From a virus (Duplodnaviria; Caudoviricetes): a stretch of 64,000 bases of DNA. A program made the translations under genes and the position numbers. Within the stretch, counting starts at the first letter, position 1; every line of letters begins with the position of its first letter. Positions 1 to 9,533 of this stretch are shown here, one piece after another. Below the pieces are notes generated by a model. That model made no database searches and was not told where the DNA came from. It saw nothing but the letters and a program-made list of their open reading frames with translations. Location of the stretch: the IMG/VR virus record IMGVR_UViG_3300021399_000102, positions 96,001-160,000 of that record; one strand, 5' to 3'.

Positions 1-263
1 GCATATGCAGTCTCGCTGTCGAGAGCAAGCGTATACGTCGCCTTCGTCTTCTTGAGTGTGACAACCAACGTTGCGGTCGTGTTCGTTTCGGACTCGTCAT
101 CCTCAATGGTCAGAGTGCCAGTGACAGGGGTGGTAGCACCCTCGAACGCGGTCTTTCCAACCTTGGGATACTTAATCGTCGTCTTGAACGTATAGACATC
201 CGTGGATGCCATTGCGAACATAGAACCAGCAACAAGTGCCAGCATCATGATTATCTTCTTCAT
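1..263 (-). CDS. Secreted/exported protein, runs off the left edge of the window (MKKIIMMLALVAGSMFAMASTDVYTFKTTIKYPK...)
   Basis: Manual translation from ATG at 263; classical signal peptide; GAGGAA SD-like motif upstream; not in the ORF track. Confidence 0.7.
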   Translation of the reverse strand, partial: MKKIIMMLALVAGSMFAMASTDVYTFKTTIKYPKVGKTAFEGATTPVTGTLTIEDDESETNTTATLVVTLKKTKATYTLALDSETAY

Positions 264-423
264 TTCTTTGTTTCCTCTTTGTTGTTATTACTTGCTTTTA
301 TGCAGGTTTATAGGGACTTGTGTTGTGTTGTTTATCCCAAACCAACTTTCAAGCATTGTATCAATTATACAAGATTCCTGGTCCCGTATAAAGCTTTGTT
401 GTTGTTAAGATATATTTACGCTG

Positions 424-822
424 TTAAAGATAACTCGGCAGACCCTCTATGCTCCCTTTTTCTTGTTTCCAGCGCTTTTTGAATGCTTTTCCCAACATTT
501 TCATAGTGTCTTTGTTCCCTGTCACCTCTTCATAAATCGGTATCATGTATAGATAAAGGAAGGGAAAGAGGCTTATGTCATTGGGTTTGGATAGATATGA
601 CTTGCTCACTTCAATTGGGTTATCTGAATCCAGATAAAGCCTACACCCCTCGTTGCATTTGCCGTGTTCCTTCAACCAGCAATCCTTGCATCTTTGCTTT
701 TTGGCATTGAGTATGGATTGTCCATGCAAGGCAAGAATCTTGTCTCGCACTTTCACGTCTTCCGGATTTGTCAAGTCAAGATGAAGTTGTGTAAGGGCAG
801 TATTGAGTTCATCCAAGGTCAT
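424..822 (-). CDS. Hypothetical protein with CxxC/CxxxC motifs
   Basis: ORF track; operon packing. Confidence 0.6.
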   Translation of the reverse strand: MTLDELNTALTQLHLDLTNPEDVKVRDKILALHGQSILNAKKQRCKDCWLKEHGKCNEGCRLYLDSDNPIEVSKSYLSKPNDISLFPFLYLYMIPIYEEVTGNKDTMKMLGKAFKKRWKQEKGSIEGLPSYL

Positions 823-829
823 GGTTCAA

Positions 830-1441
830 TTATACATTGAACTGCTTTTTGATGAAGTCATATTCAATTGGAGCGCAATTCCAACGTTCAACGCAAGCGC
901 ATAGCCGATTTGGGTCTATTGTGTTGAAGTATTTACTGCCGTGTACATGCCCATAGATGTTGATAAGTCCATCTGGAATCACGTCCAATGGCTCGTGCGA
1001 GAACACAAACTTTCCATCCAACAGGAAAGGATGCTTGAATGTCCTGTTGAACCCAAGCTCCTTCCAATCGTAGTGTTGCTCTCTATCGTGGTTTCCCATC
1101 AAGAGCCATATTCGTCCATTTAGCCTTGACACGATGTCCTTGATTCTGTTCTTGTTGCCAAAGGAGAAGTCACCCAGATGGAGAACCAAGTCTCTCTTTG
1201 AGACTTTTTCGTTCCACCTCTGAATCATGGCTTCGTTCATTTCATCCCTGTCCTTGAATGGTCTGTTGGCAGCCTCGTAGATTAAAATCCGACGATGGCA
1301 GAAATGCGTGTCAGATACGATCCACAACTTTGCGTCAGATGGCTTGAGATATTCAGACTTGCCCAAGTTGTTCTCTGCGCAAGGGACGTATATTGAACGC
1401 ATCCCTGTGTTGTTTGGCTCTCTGTTTGTTGCTTCGTCCAT
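830..1441 (-). CDS. Calcineurin-like metallophosphoesterase
   Basis: SDTHF, LGDF, GNHD, SHEP, GHVH motifs. Confidence 0.9.
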   Translation of the reverse strand: MDEATNREPNNTGMRSIYVPCAENNLGKSEYLKPSDAKLWIVSDTHFCHRRILIYEAANRPFKDRDEMNEAMIQRWNEKVSKRDLVLHLGDFSFGNKNRIKDIVSRLNGRIWLLMGNHDREQHYDWKELGFNRTFKHPFLLDGKFVFSHEPLDVIPDGLINIYGHVHGSKYFNTIDPNRLCACVERWNCAPIEYDFIKKQFNV

Positions 1442-3276
1442 TATGGTGTAACCTTCTCAAACGTTGGCTTCTGACCGGCTTGGCAACTCGTAAGCTTGTT
1501 CTTGCCAATGTGTTGGTCGTATATCAATCCATCTTCGTGGCAGCGCAATGGCTGCTTGGCAACCCCAAGTCCTGCGCAAAGTTTGCACACGATGTCATCG
1601 GTGTTCTCGTCTCCATGAACTATGGTCAAGTCAACCTTGTCCATCAATTCAATCATCAACTTGCCCAAGGCTCTCGGGTCTATGTTGTCCATGCCATCCA
1701 CCACAATCTCGAAATATGGCTTGCTTGGCTTGACAACTTCCTCCACTGGCTTCTCTGTTGCAACTGCCACCATGTTCTTGGGTGCTTCAACTATGGTTGG
1801 TGTTGGTGTGGGAGTTGTGTCTTCTTTCCAAACAGAAACGATGTGAAGTTCCTTATTCTTTGGCAAAGGTGGTGCTTGAATGACCTTCTCTGGCTCAACC
1901 TTGATTGCTTCTGCCGTGTTGGGGCAATCAACGCCATAGATGTAGTCGGGGGCGTTTGCGTACTTCTCTTCCAACATCGACTTGGTGTCGTAGGTGTCCT
2001 CTTCTTGCGTGTTGATTACCCTCATTCCATAGTTGTTCACGCCAGGAACAGGGACAACACCCTCCTTGAGCTTCAGCTCTTGCTTGAACACAGAGTAATC
2101 CACCTCGTGATGCCACCTGTGGAACTTCCACACGACCTTCGCCACGTCTGGGTGGAGCCGAGCAATCATTTCTGACTTCTCCTTCGTTCCATTGACGTAT
2201 ATTGAGGTCGTGTTTCCACCTTTAACCTTCATCGTAGTGGACTTTCCAAACAAAGCCCAGTTTGCAAGGACAGTACACCAACCATCCTTGAGTATTCGGA
2301 GCGAAAGGTCAGTGTCCTCGTTGAACCTCGCCCTCCACCTGTAGGGCTTCCCATCCTTGCCAACAATGTCGTTTCTGTTGAGGATGCAGGAGTAGATTCG
2401 TGTGTTCATCGTAAATGGGGCATGGTATGCATCCATCGTCACGAACATCTTGTAGTTCAGTCCAAACTGGCCAATGTTCTCGTATCTGTCCACGAAGTCC
2501 TCGCAAGCAGCAAGCAATGCGCCAGTACGGCACTTCACCTTCACGTTGTGCCAGAACCAATGGAATCCCTCTGTGGCGTTGTCATCCATAATCCAATGCC
2601 ACTTCGCGCCACGCCTTACAGAATCGTCCCAAACGAAGTTTCTCGCTGGACCAGACCCCTTTGGAAACTCTGGACCAACATCGTCGCAAGTGTCGTACCT
2701 GTCCTTGTAGCTCATGTCAAGCTGAAGCAAGGTTGCGTATTGGTTCTCTACGTGTGCCTTGTAGTCGTTGTACTCAGAAGGTTCGCAAACCACGAAATGC
2801 TTGACCTCCATCTGCGTGAGGAAGCGTGAGGTGTAGCATTTCTCTGCCCTTCCCTTGGAGATTACGTAGATTGGATATCTATGCTCTGAACTTCCACCAA
2901 CGACCCTCAATTGGGAATACCAACCTGGAATCAACTTTGGATACCAAACTGAAATCGTCTTCTCAGAAATGTTCTGGTCGAACAGCTTGTTGGCAAGCTC
3001 CAAGTCGCCCTCGTTGAACTTGAAATCAACTTGAGCATATGGGGGTGCAGAATCGTGGGATTCGTACATGGGCATCTGCCACCACTGGTCTTTCCACTTT
3101 GCATCCCTCGCAGAATCGTCCTTCTTGGCTTTCTTCTTTGCAGGTTTCTTCTCAACTTTCGTCTTGGAATTGACATCGTATTCCTTCGTCAAACAGGTAA
3201 TGTCCGTCCCATTGCGCTTGTTGAAATCATCCAATGCCTCTTGGTTGGCGAATCTGCAAATAATCCTCGTATTCAT
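1441..3276 (-). CDS. GREB1/TET-associated-like (TAGT) DNA glycosyltransferase with N- and C-terminal extensions
   Basis: YPIYVISKGR, ARNFVWD, HWIMDDN, TRIYSCIL, RFNEDTDLSLRILKDGWCT, KGGNT motifs. Confidence 0.8.
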   Translation of the reverse strand: MNTRIICRFANQEALDDFNKRNGTDITCLTKEYDVNSKTKVEKKPAKKKAKKDDSARDAKWKDQWWQMPMYESHDSAPPYAQVDFKFNEGDLELANKLFDQNISEKTISVWYPKLIPGWYSQLRVVGGSSEHRYPIYVISKGRAEKCYTSRFLTQMEVKHFVVCEPSEYNDYKAHVENQYATLLQLDMSYKDRYDTCDDVGPEFPKGSGPARNFVWDDSVRRGAKWHWIMDDNATEGFHWFWHNVKVKCRTGALLAACEDFVDRYENIGQFGLNYKMFVTMDAYHAPFTMNTRIYSCILNRNDIVGKDGKPYRWRARFNEDTDLSLRILKDGWCTVLANWALFGKSTTMKVKGGNTTSIYVNGTKEKSEMIARLHPDVAKVVWKFHRWHHEVDYSVFKQELKLKEGVVPVPGVNNYGMRVINTQEEDTYDTKSMLEEKYANAPDYIYGVDCPNTAEAIKVEPEKVIQAPPLPKNKELHIVSVWKEDTTPTPTPTIVEAPKNMVAVATEKPVEEVVKPSKPYFEIVVDGMDNIDPRALGKLMIELMDKVDLTIVHGDENTDDIVCKLCAGLGVAKQPLRCHEDGLIYDQHIGKNKLTSCQAGQKPTFEKVTP

Positions 3277-3301
3277 GTCAGAAATCTCCTTGTTCCATGT
3301 A

Positions 3302-3853
3302 TTATACCACAAACGATGTGACTCCGTTAAGGTTATTTACCGAAAGGCTTGTGAAATCGGAGACCCTCTCTGTGTCAAACGCCACGATATTCACTTTCCC
3401 CTTGAAGTCCTTTACGAAGTTTCTGCAAGTGGTATCTATGCGTTTCGCTTGCTCCAACGTGAGTTTGTTTCCAAACTTCTGATTTCTGGCGAAACTCGTC
3501 TCTGGTGAAATGTGAATCCAGATTATCCCAACATCCACTCCATTCTCCAACAACTTGTTCATCATTGGACGCGAGACGCAACGCATTCCCTCCAGAACTA
3601 TGATCTTGTTCTTTGGCAGAAGGTTCATGACTTGTTGAGCGAAGTTTCCAACTTGCTTCCGTTCTACAGAATCAGTTCCATCGCGCCTCTTCTCGCCGGT
3701 GTCGTATCTTCCAATGAGAATGCAATCGTCAAACTCTGTATAGGACATCAAGTCCCGATTGAGTTCACCAGTTCTGCCACGGACAAATGTGTTTCTGACG
3801 AAAGATGACTTCCCAGAATGTGAGCCTCCTATTATGACAACGACCTTGCTCAT
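3302..3853 (-). CDS. P-loop nucleotide kinase of the type associated with phage base modification
   Basis: GGSHSGKS Walker A; IGRY...DGTD and IVLEGMR motifs; adjacent to the glycosyltransferase. Confidence 0.7.
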   Translation of the reverse strand: MSKVVVIIGGSHSGKSSFVRNTFVRGRTGELNRDLMSYTEFDDCILIGRYDTGEKRRDGTDSVERKQVGNFAQQVMNLLPKNKIIVLEGMRCVSRPMMNKLLENGVDVGIIWIHISPETSFARNQKFGNKLTLEQAKRIDTTCRNFVKDFKGKVNIVAFDTERVSDFTSLSVNNLNGVTSFVV

Positions 3854-4185
3854 TTAATCTCAATGCCATGTGGGGACAGCACAAATTCTACGATAGACCA
3901 TTCGTCCTCTGGCTCAATCTTCCAACAGAACTTGAGGTGGAATTGGTTCTTCTCAACCACCTCTTGGGTGTTCACAGTGTCGTTGCATATCACATTCCAT
4001 GCAGAAAGGAAGTCTGAATATTCGCTGATGAGGTTGTTCACCACCACATTGACCCTGTCCCATGTCTCAGAGTTGTTGGGTTCGTAGATGGCGCAACCCT
4101 CTATCGCCTGTGCGATTTCTTCATATACCTTTGGCTTTACAGCCGTCCAATTTTCCTTGTTCGTTGTCATTTCGTTATTCTCCAT
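3850..4185 (-). CDS. Stand-alone protein resembling the tail-sheath C-terminal domain
   Basis: YEPNNSETWDRV...VICNDTVNTQEVVEKNQF pattern resembles sheath FEPNxxxTW...VxCDxxNNTxxxIxxN. Confidence 0.55.
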   Translation of the reverse strand: MENNEMTTNKENWTAVKPKVYEEIAQAIEGCAIYEPNNSETWDRVNVVVNNLISEYSDFLSAWNVICNDTVNTQEVVEKNQFHLKFCWKIEPEDEWSIVEFVLSPHGIEIK

Positions 4186-4534
4186 TTCCCTTGAACGTTT
4201 GCAATCCACCCAATGATTCCTGGCACACCTCGTTGAATCTCTTGATGTTGAATGGCTCTTTGAGCAACCTTATTTCTTCTATGGGTGAAGTGTCCTTGTT
4301 CCCCATTTCCTTGTCGTGACCATAGCAATTGTAGCCGCGTTCAACCACATTCTCGACCCTGACTATCCTCAACCAATCAGATGGATGCTTGCCAGATTCC
4401 TTGTCAGAGAACATATAAGCCTGAAGCTTGGACAACTCCATTCCATGAGTCAAATTGGACCAGGTCTGTCCCTTGTTTCTGCTTCTATGCACCTCCCAGT
4501 ACGTCTTTGTCTTGTACATTCCATCCATCATCAC
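4175..4534 (-). CDS. Hypothetical protein
   Basis: ORF track, operon packing. Confidence 0.55.
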   Translation of the reverse strand: MMMDGMYKTKTYWEVHRSRNKGQTWSNLTHGMELSKLQAYMFSDKESGKHPSDWLRIVRVENVVERGYNCYGHDKEMGNKDTSPIEEIRLLKEPFNIKRFNEVCQESLGGLQTFKGNGE

Positions 4535-4598
4535 TTGAACCTCATTTGACTTCCCTCCGAAGCCTTGTGTGCTGCTTCAAGTTCCCTTACGAATCTAT

Positions 4599-4859
4599 TT
4601 ACCGATTCGACATGATCTTCCCCGATTCAGCTTCCTTTCGCTTCTTCCCACTCCATTCCTCGACATCATGGATATCCAACTTATGCTTTGGCACGACAAG
4701 CACTTCCCCCTGATGCCAGTCAATTCCCATGCAGACGCTATTCACATCCACCACGCAACCATCAGGACATATCCATCCAGAGGGGGAGTTTACGCAGATT
4801 CCAACTTTCGCATCATCGTCCATCAATTCAAGTACATCTTTCAGTTCCTTCACTGTCAT
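4599..4859 (-). CDS. Hypothetical protein (MTVKELK-type small phage protein)
   Basis: GGAGG SD upstream of ATG 4859. Confidence 0.6.
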   Translation of the reverse strand: MTVKELKDVLELMDDDAKVGICVNSPSGWICPDGCVVDVNSVCMGIDWHQGEVLVVPKHKLDIHDVEEWSGKKRKEAESGKIMSNR

Positions 4860-5022
4860 TTCATCCTCCTGCCTTCCTTTAGTGCGTCCTTGGCAAGTCC
4901 AACTGCTCTCCAAAAATAATGAACACCAATCTTCTCCTTGGTTGTTCCATGGTTGATGATGTTTGACCGCATTTCTGCGTCAAGCGCAATGATTCCATTC
5001 AAAGCTTTCTTATAGATATCGT

Positions 5023-5457
5023 TCATTTCTTCAACTCCCCTTTCTCGTCATATTCCTCAAACTTCTCCAATACGTCCATTGGAAACCAAATCTTCGTGTA
5101 TCCTGTTGGATATATCACGCCAACCAACGTGGAGAATCCATTTTCGCTCACCCTGTTCACTGTCTCAATTTCAAGCAAGCAACTCTGATTTCCATCAATG
5201 ACCTTTCTGTCCCAAATGATTCCACGCTTTCCTCGGCAATATGGATCAGGATGCTTGAACGAGACACGGGCATAGGTCTTGCCAGCACGAAACTCCCTGT
5301 TGAGCTTCTCTGCTTCCTCTGGAGTCAGTTGCATAGGAATGTAGTTGCAGTAGACAATGCCAGAGTTCCCCGGCCTTGACGTGCCAAATGTCCTTGTACC
5401 CAATAATCCTACGTCATCTTTCACAAGGAGTTGTCCGTTGTCCATCTTAAGCTTCAT
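5023..5457 (-). CDS. Hypothetical protein
   Basis: ORF track, start trimmed to ATG overlapping the upstream gene. Confidence 0.55.
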   Translation of the reverse strand: MKLKMDNGQLLVKDDVGLLGTRTFGTSRPGNSGIVYCNYIPMQLTPEEAEKLNREFRAGKTYARVSFKHPDPYCRGKRGIIWDRKVIDGNQSCLLEIETVNRVSENGFSTLVGVIYPTGYTKIWFPMDVLEKFEEYDEKGELKK

Positions 5458-5770
5458 CCTTAGATTTCCCTTCCACAGCTTCCTTGATGACATTCTTGAT
5501 AAGCATGAACCCCTCCCCAGGGGAAACGTCCTCTGGTGGAGCATCCCCGCACTTCATCGCTTCAAGCCATTTCTCGTGACACCATTTTGCCAGGTCGTCC
5601 AGCATTTTGTACACTTCGTCTATGTCCTTGGGGGCAATGCTCCAACCCATACGCCAAATGTCTTGCGCAGCCTTTTCCATCAGGGCTTCACAATCCTTGT
5701 TGAACAAGTCTCGCTTGTCCGACCTTGCGTCGTCCCATATCCTTTGCTTTGGCGTTTCAAAGTCAGTCAT
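5447..5770 (-). CDS. Hypothetical protein
   Basis: AAGGAG SD, ATGA overlap. Confidence 0.6.
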   Translation of the reverse strand: MTDFETPKQRIWDDARSDKRDLFNKDCEALMEKAAQDIWRMGWSIAPKDIDEVYKMLDDLAKWCHEKWLEAMKCGDAPPEDVSPGEGFMLIKNVIKEAVEGKSKDEA

Positions 5771-6399
5771 TGGTTGTCTCCTTTGCTTTCAATTATACTA
5801 CGTCTGGTCTTGCGATACACGATTATCCATCCAATGTCGTCGAAGATGCATCCAACGCCCCACATCAGAATTGCGGTCTTGAGCGTTGGCATGGCAAGCA
5901 TCGCAAGGGCGAAACCAACCATGGCGACAGCGTTCCTGGCAATCGACGCTGTGTTGTCGTACATTTCCCTCTCCCTGCCATTCCAAAGCTTGGATTGGAA
6001 CATCATGATGCACTTGCCAATGAAGGTGGTGATTATGGAAGAGTAGAACAAAGTCAAGATTGCGAATATCCACACGTTGTAGTTCACGAACACGAGATAG
6101 CAAGCCAGAAGGAAACTCCCAATGGATTCTGCCAATGCAAACCAGGTGAAGAACCTCATTGCGAATTCCCTGGTTCTGTTCTTCCATATCGCGCCAATGA
6201 CCAAGGCAGACATGCAGAACCACGCACCCTCGAACGAAATGTACTCTGCTGGGAGCTTGGATATGATTTCCTTGACTATTGGAGGATTGGAGTAGGTGTA
6301 AATCAAGCCAGATATGGCAGACGAAAACAGGAGAAACCCTTGGTTCTCCTGAACTTGGATGTTGAACACCCGCTTGAAGAATTGCCAGAATCTCGTCAT
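5767..6399 (-). CDS. Multi-pass membrane protein (about 6 TM, MFS half-like)
   Basis: Several hydrophobic segments; ATGA overlap. Confidence 0.65.
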   Translation of the reverse strand: MTRFWQFFKRVFNIQVQENQGFLLFSSAISGLIYTYSNPPIVKEIISKLPAEYISFEGAWFCMSALVIGAIWKNRTREFAMRFFTWFALAESIGSFLLACYLVFVNYNVWIFAILTLFYSSIITTFIGKCIMMFQSKLWNGREREMYDNTASIARNAVAMVGFALAMLAMPTLKTAILMWGVGCIFDDIGWIIVYRKTRRSIIESKGDNQ

Positions 6400-6749
6400 T
6401 TGGTGAAGGTCTTGAGTGGAAACCAATTGCTGCCATCAAATCCCTTCTTGTTGTATCCATCTTTCACTGCCCAACCATACATTATCAAGTTGCAGTTTGA
6501 TTTGTCTTCAAGGTTGTCGAAGATGGCTTTCGCCTCCGCATAGTCCTTGAACTTTGACGCCTGCGCCTTGTCGTCAACCCAGGATTCGTTCTCCCAGCAC
6601 TGGCACTCGTCCTCTGTCCCAATGCAATCAACCTCGTTGAAGAACTCACTGAAGAACGTCACTTTGCCATTGTGGGGATCTTGGCGAACGATGAGGTATC
6701 TTCTGTCGATTTGCATTCCAACTACACATTTGTCAATCTTCTTTTCCAT
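6396..6749 (-). CDS. Hypothetical protein
   Basis: ORF track. Confidence 0.55.
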   Translation of the reverse strand: MEKKIDKCVVGMQIDRRYLIVRQDPHNGKVTFFSEFFNEVDCIGTEDECQCWENESWVDDKAQASKFKDYAEAKAIFDNLEDKSNCNLIMYGWAVKDGYNKKGFDGSNWFPLKTFTK

Positions 6750-6751
6750 AG

Positions 6752-6958
6752 TCAGCATTCTCCCATGTTCTCCATTGTCCTTGTTGCCATTGTTGCCTTG
6801 CTCAAGGTCTCTGTGGATTCCTCGTACCACTGATCTATTGCTGGTTCCTCCACCTGGATGTTCTGAAGAATCTGATGGAAACGCCAATCTGGAAACCTTT
6901 CAACTGCTTTCCTCACCAATTCAACAATGGCACGGTTCGCTGCTTGTCTTGTCATCAT
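6752..6958 (-). CDS. Hypothetical protein (RFPDWRFHQIL small phage protein)
   Basis: ATGA overlap. Confidence 0.55.
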   Translation of the reverse strand: MMTRQAANRAIVELVRKAVERFPDWRFHQILQNIQVEEPAIDQWYEESTETLSKATMATRTMENMGEC

Positions 6959-7320
6959 TGCTCTATTTCCTCCCATTTTCCATTGACCTTCTTTCCACGC
7001 CAATAGATGATTTCACTCTCAGAGGATGGCAATTTGCTCCATTCTTGGTATCTCTTGTACGTGGAAGTCTTGCGATAGTCTCCATAGGCGTTCCAGAACT
7101 TTACGTTGAGATTTCCCCAGAACCCGATTGGAAACCGGCTTTTCGTCTTGCACAGAACCTCAACCCCATTGTTGGTGACGATATGCGCCCCATAGGAAGT
7201 CGTGTACATCCCATCATAGGGAACGGGATTGAACGATTCAGCAAGATCGTTCATCAAAATGCATCCCGAGAAGAATGAACATGCGATTAGGGCAATCACC
7301 ATGAACTTCAAGTCTTTCAT
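6955..7320 (-). CDS. Putative lipoprotein
   Basis: MKDLKFMVIALIACSFFSGC lipobox; AGGAGG SD. Confidence 0.6.
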   Translation of the reverse strand: MKDLKFMVIALIACSFFSGCILMNDLAESFNPVPYDGMYTTSYGAHIVTNNGVEVLCKTKSRFPIGFWGNLNVKFWNAYGDYRKTSTYKRYQEWSKLPSSESEIIYWRGKKVNGKWEEIEQ

Positions 7321-7331
7321 AGAGCCTCCTT

Positions 7332-7598
7332 TCAATTTGCAAGCCGTTCCTTTACGCCATCCCAATAGCCCTTGTGGAAGCTCAAGTATTCCTTTGAGCA
7401 ACCATCCTTGATTGCGATTACACGTTCAACCGCGAGGCCGTGAACAGCGTCCTGGAGGTTGTTGAGAGCATAGCACATTGGCTTGGGAAGGTGGTGGTAG
7501 TCTCCCGCAACGATGGAATGGGTGAGGTTGAATGCCCATTCAATGACCTTCTTCTCGTTCTCAGTCAATCGTTCAACCTTTGGCAATTCAGATTTCAT
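7332..7598 (-). CDS. Hypothetical protein
   Basis: GGAG SD, ATGA overlap. Confidence 0.55.
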   Translation of the reverse strand: MKSELPKVERLTENEKKVIEWAFNLTHSIVAGDYHHLPKPMCYALNNLQDAVHGLAVERVIAIKDGCSKEYLSFHKGYWDGVKERLAN

Positions 7599-8107
7599 TT
7601 TGTTTCTCCCTTGTTGTTCAACACATCTATTATACGCCTCATATCCTCAATCGTAAAGCCGTATCTCCTGTCGGTTTTCACAATCTTGTCTTTGTCAATA
7701 TATGGCTCTATGTCCACAATCTCGTCATCCACAACGCAATATGCGTCCACTTCTGGATGCTCGGCAAGCCATTGTTTGATCTCCATGCCCCTTCTGCCCT
7801 TTTTGTCGTAGCCAGTCTCGCCGGCAAATACTTCCTCCCTTGGACAGCGAAGTTTCTCTGAGAGAATGTCCCTCCAATTCCTGTCGGGTTGATATGGAGC
7901 GTAGTTTGTGTGGTGTCTCCAAGAGGATGATACCACAATCTTGCAATTGGTGTTGGCTATGATGAACCGAAGTCTGGCAACAAGTTCTGGGTTGAAGCCA
8001 TAACGCCACTCGTCAAGGTCAATCCATTCGTGACTGTCAGATGGTGTTGGGTACATGCAATTCAGAACCCCATCTATGTCCAGGAATAGAACCTTCATGT
8101 CCATCAT
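7595..8107 (-). CDS. HAD-family phosphatase (Swiss-Army-knife RNA-repair type)
   Basis: FLDIDGVLN, IVVSSSWR, RGMEIKQWL, VVDD motifs. Confidence 0.85.
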   Translation of the reverse strand: MMDMKVLFLDIDGVLNCMYPTPSDSHEWIDLDEWRYGFNPELVARLRFIIANTNCKIVVSSSWRHHTNYAPYQPDRNWRDILSEKLRCPREEVFAGETGYDKKGRRGMEIKQWLAEHPEVDAYCVVDDEIVDIEPYIDKDKIVKTDRRYGFTIEDMRRIIDVLNNKGETK

Positions 8108-8874
8108 GCCACTTTCCTGTACACAGGCTTGTGTCCAGGCTTGAGCGAGACCATCTTGCTCTTGCCGAGATGGCGTTTGGGGATGTGCGACTCTCCCTTC
8201 TGAGTGGTGTAGAGCAGTTCGGTTCTGATGCCAAGTTCGCAGCAAATGTCGTTGATTGCCGTCTTTTCCTTTATCTTCCCATGCACCACGGTGATGTAGT
8301 TCTTCTTCTTCAGCTCCACAAGCATCTTGCGCATTTCCTTCATGTCGATGTTCGTGAGGGAGTCTATCACAATCTCTGTGTGGGGTTTCGTGGCGAAGTC
8401 CTCACCCATATACTCGTAGGAATACCGCTCGGAGTTCACGATGTACATGTTCTGATTCCGTCCATTGATCTTTCCATTGGATACATCGCCCTTCTTGCCA
8501 TTCCTCGGTCCTTCCTTCCAAAGGATGGAGTTCGCAAAATGGTGGGCAAGGGATTCGTGGGCGGTTCTGATGAACACCTTGTATCCCTTGTTCACATACA
8601 TCTTGCACAAAGCCTCCATGAACTTCGTGCCAAGTCCAAGCCCCTGGAAGTCAGGAAGTATGACCAGACGGTGAATTGCCTTGCCGAAGTTCAACGAGCC
8701 GTTGGGATATGGTCGGACCGCGCAGAATCCAACATATGCGTCATTCCACTTTAGAACCCAACATTCTGCGGCGATGAGAAGGTCGTGGCTCAGATAGTGA
8801 TGCGGAGCAAATATTTTCCAGACCTCTCGCTTCCGCTCCGGCTCGTCAATTCGCTCGAAGGAGAGGTCGATGCT
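8104..8874 (-). CDS. GNAT acetyltransferase moiety, probably reached by -1 frameshift from the upstream ATPase
   Basis: WKIFAPHHYLSHDL and IHRLVILPDFQGLGLG motifs; the frame has no ATG/GTG/TTG before the first motif. Confidence 0.75.
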   Translation of the reverse strand, partial: SIDLSFERIDEPERKREVWKIFAPHHYLSHDLLIAAECWVLKWNDAYVGFCAVRPYPNGSLNFGKAIHRLVILPDFQGLGLGTKFMEALCKMYVNKGYKVFIRTAHESLAHHFANSILWKEGPRNGKKGDVSNGKINGRNQNMYIVNSERYSYEYMGEDFATKPHTEIVIDSLTNIDMKEMRKMLVELKKKNYITVVHGKIKEKTAINDICCELGIRTELLYTTQKGESHIPKRHLGKSKMVSLKPGHKPVYRKVA

Positions 8875-9533
8875 TTTCCCAGGCAGAACCCCCGAAGGTC
8901 ATATATCTTTTCGGTGTTCAAGTCGATGAGGATGTCTGGCTTGAGCATTGGAATGATGTCGTAGTGGCAACCACAAAAGACCACATTCTTGAGCCCGTTC
9001 TTTCGGATGTACTTCTGAATGCTGTTGCTTGCGCTCATCGCACATTCCCTGTTGACCACGCTCGTGTATTCGTCAATCATGACCTTGGACTCAAGGTTTA
9101 GCGCAAGATCAGCTCGGAATCCCTCGCCTGTGGAGAGGACATTCCTTGGGCGGCACCACTTGGGGATTGAACTCAACCCAACAGCATTGAGTGTCGCCTT
9201 GCCCTTCTTGGGGTTCTCAGGGAAGTTGGAAATGATGGCCTTGGAATTGTCGTAGACCTTCTTGGGGAAGTGCCATCCTGCCTTCTCAAATGCCTTGAGG
9301 AATGTGGACTTTCCAGCTCCAGAAGGGCCGACAATCTGAATGATGTTCACATCCAGATTCAGAATCTCCTGTGGAATGACAAAGGGATATACCTTCGATT
9401 CCCCAGTGAACTCGTAGTCAAACGCCTTTTTGACAAGGTTGATTCCCTCGTCAATCGGCACTTTGCTCACCAATGGCACGTCACTTCGCTTCAATTTGCA
9501 AAGTACGGGCGCGTTCTCCCAACTTTCGCTCAT
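8790..9533 (-). CDS. ABC-type ATPase (ABC-ATPase/GNAT DNA-modification family)
   Basis: GPSGAGKS Walker A, LSTGE signature, IDEYTSVVNR Walker B, CHYDI. Confidence 0.85.
   Translation of the reverse strand: MSESWENAPVLCKLKRSDVPLVSKVPIDEGINLVKKAFDYEFTGESKVYPFVIPQEILNLDVNIIQIVGPSGAGKSTFLKAFEKAGWHFPKKVYDNSKAIISNFPENPKKGKATLNAVGLSSIPKWCRPRNVLSTGEGFRADLALNLESKVMIDEYTSVVNRECAMSASNSIQKYIRKNGLKNVVFCGCHYDIIPMLKPDILIDLNTEKIYDLRGFCLGKASTSPSSELTSRSGSERSGKYLLRITI
8821..8880 (-). promoter_or_regulatory. Putative -1 programmed ribosomal frameshift signal (G_GGA_AAA, 5-nt spacer, stem-loop)
   Basis: Slippery heptamer 8880-8874 in the ATPase frame; stem GACCTCTC/GAGAGGTC extended by CTTC/GAAG. Confidence 0.7.
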
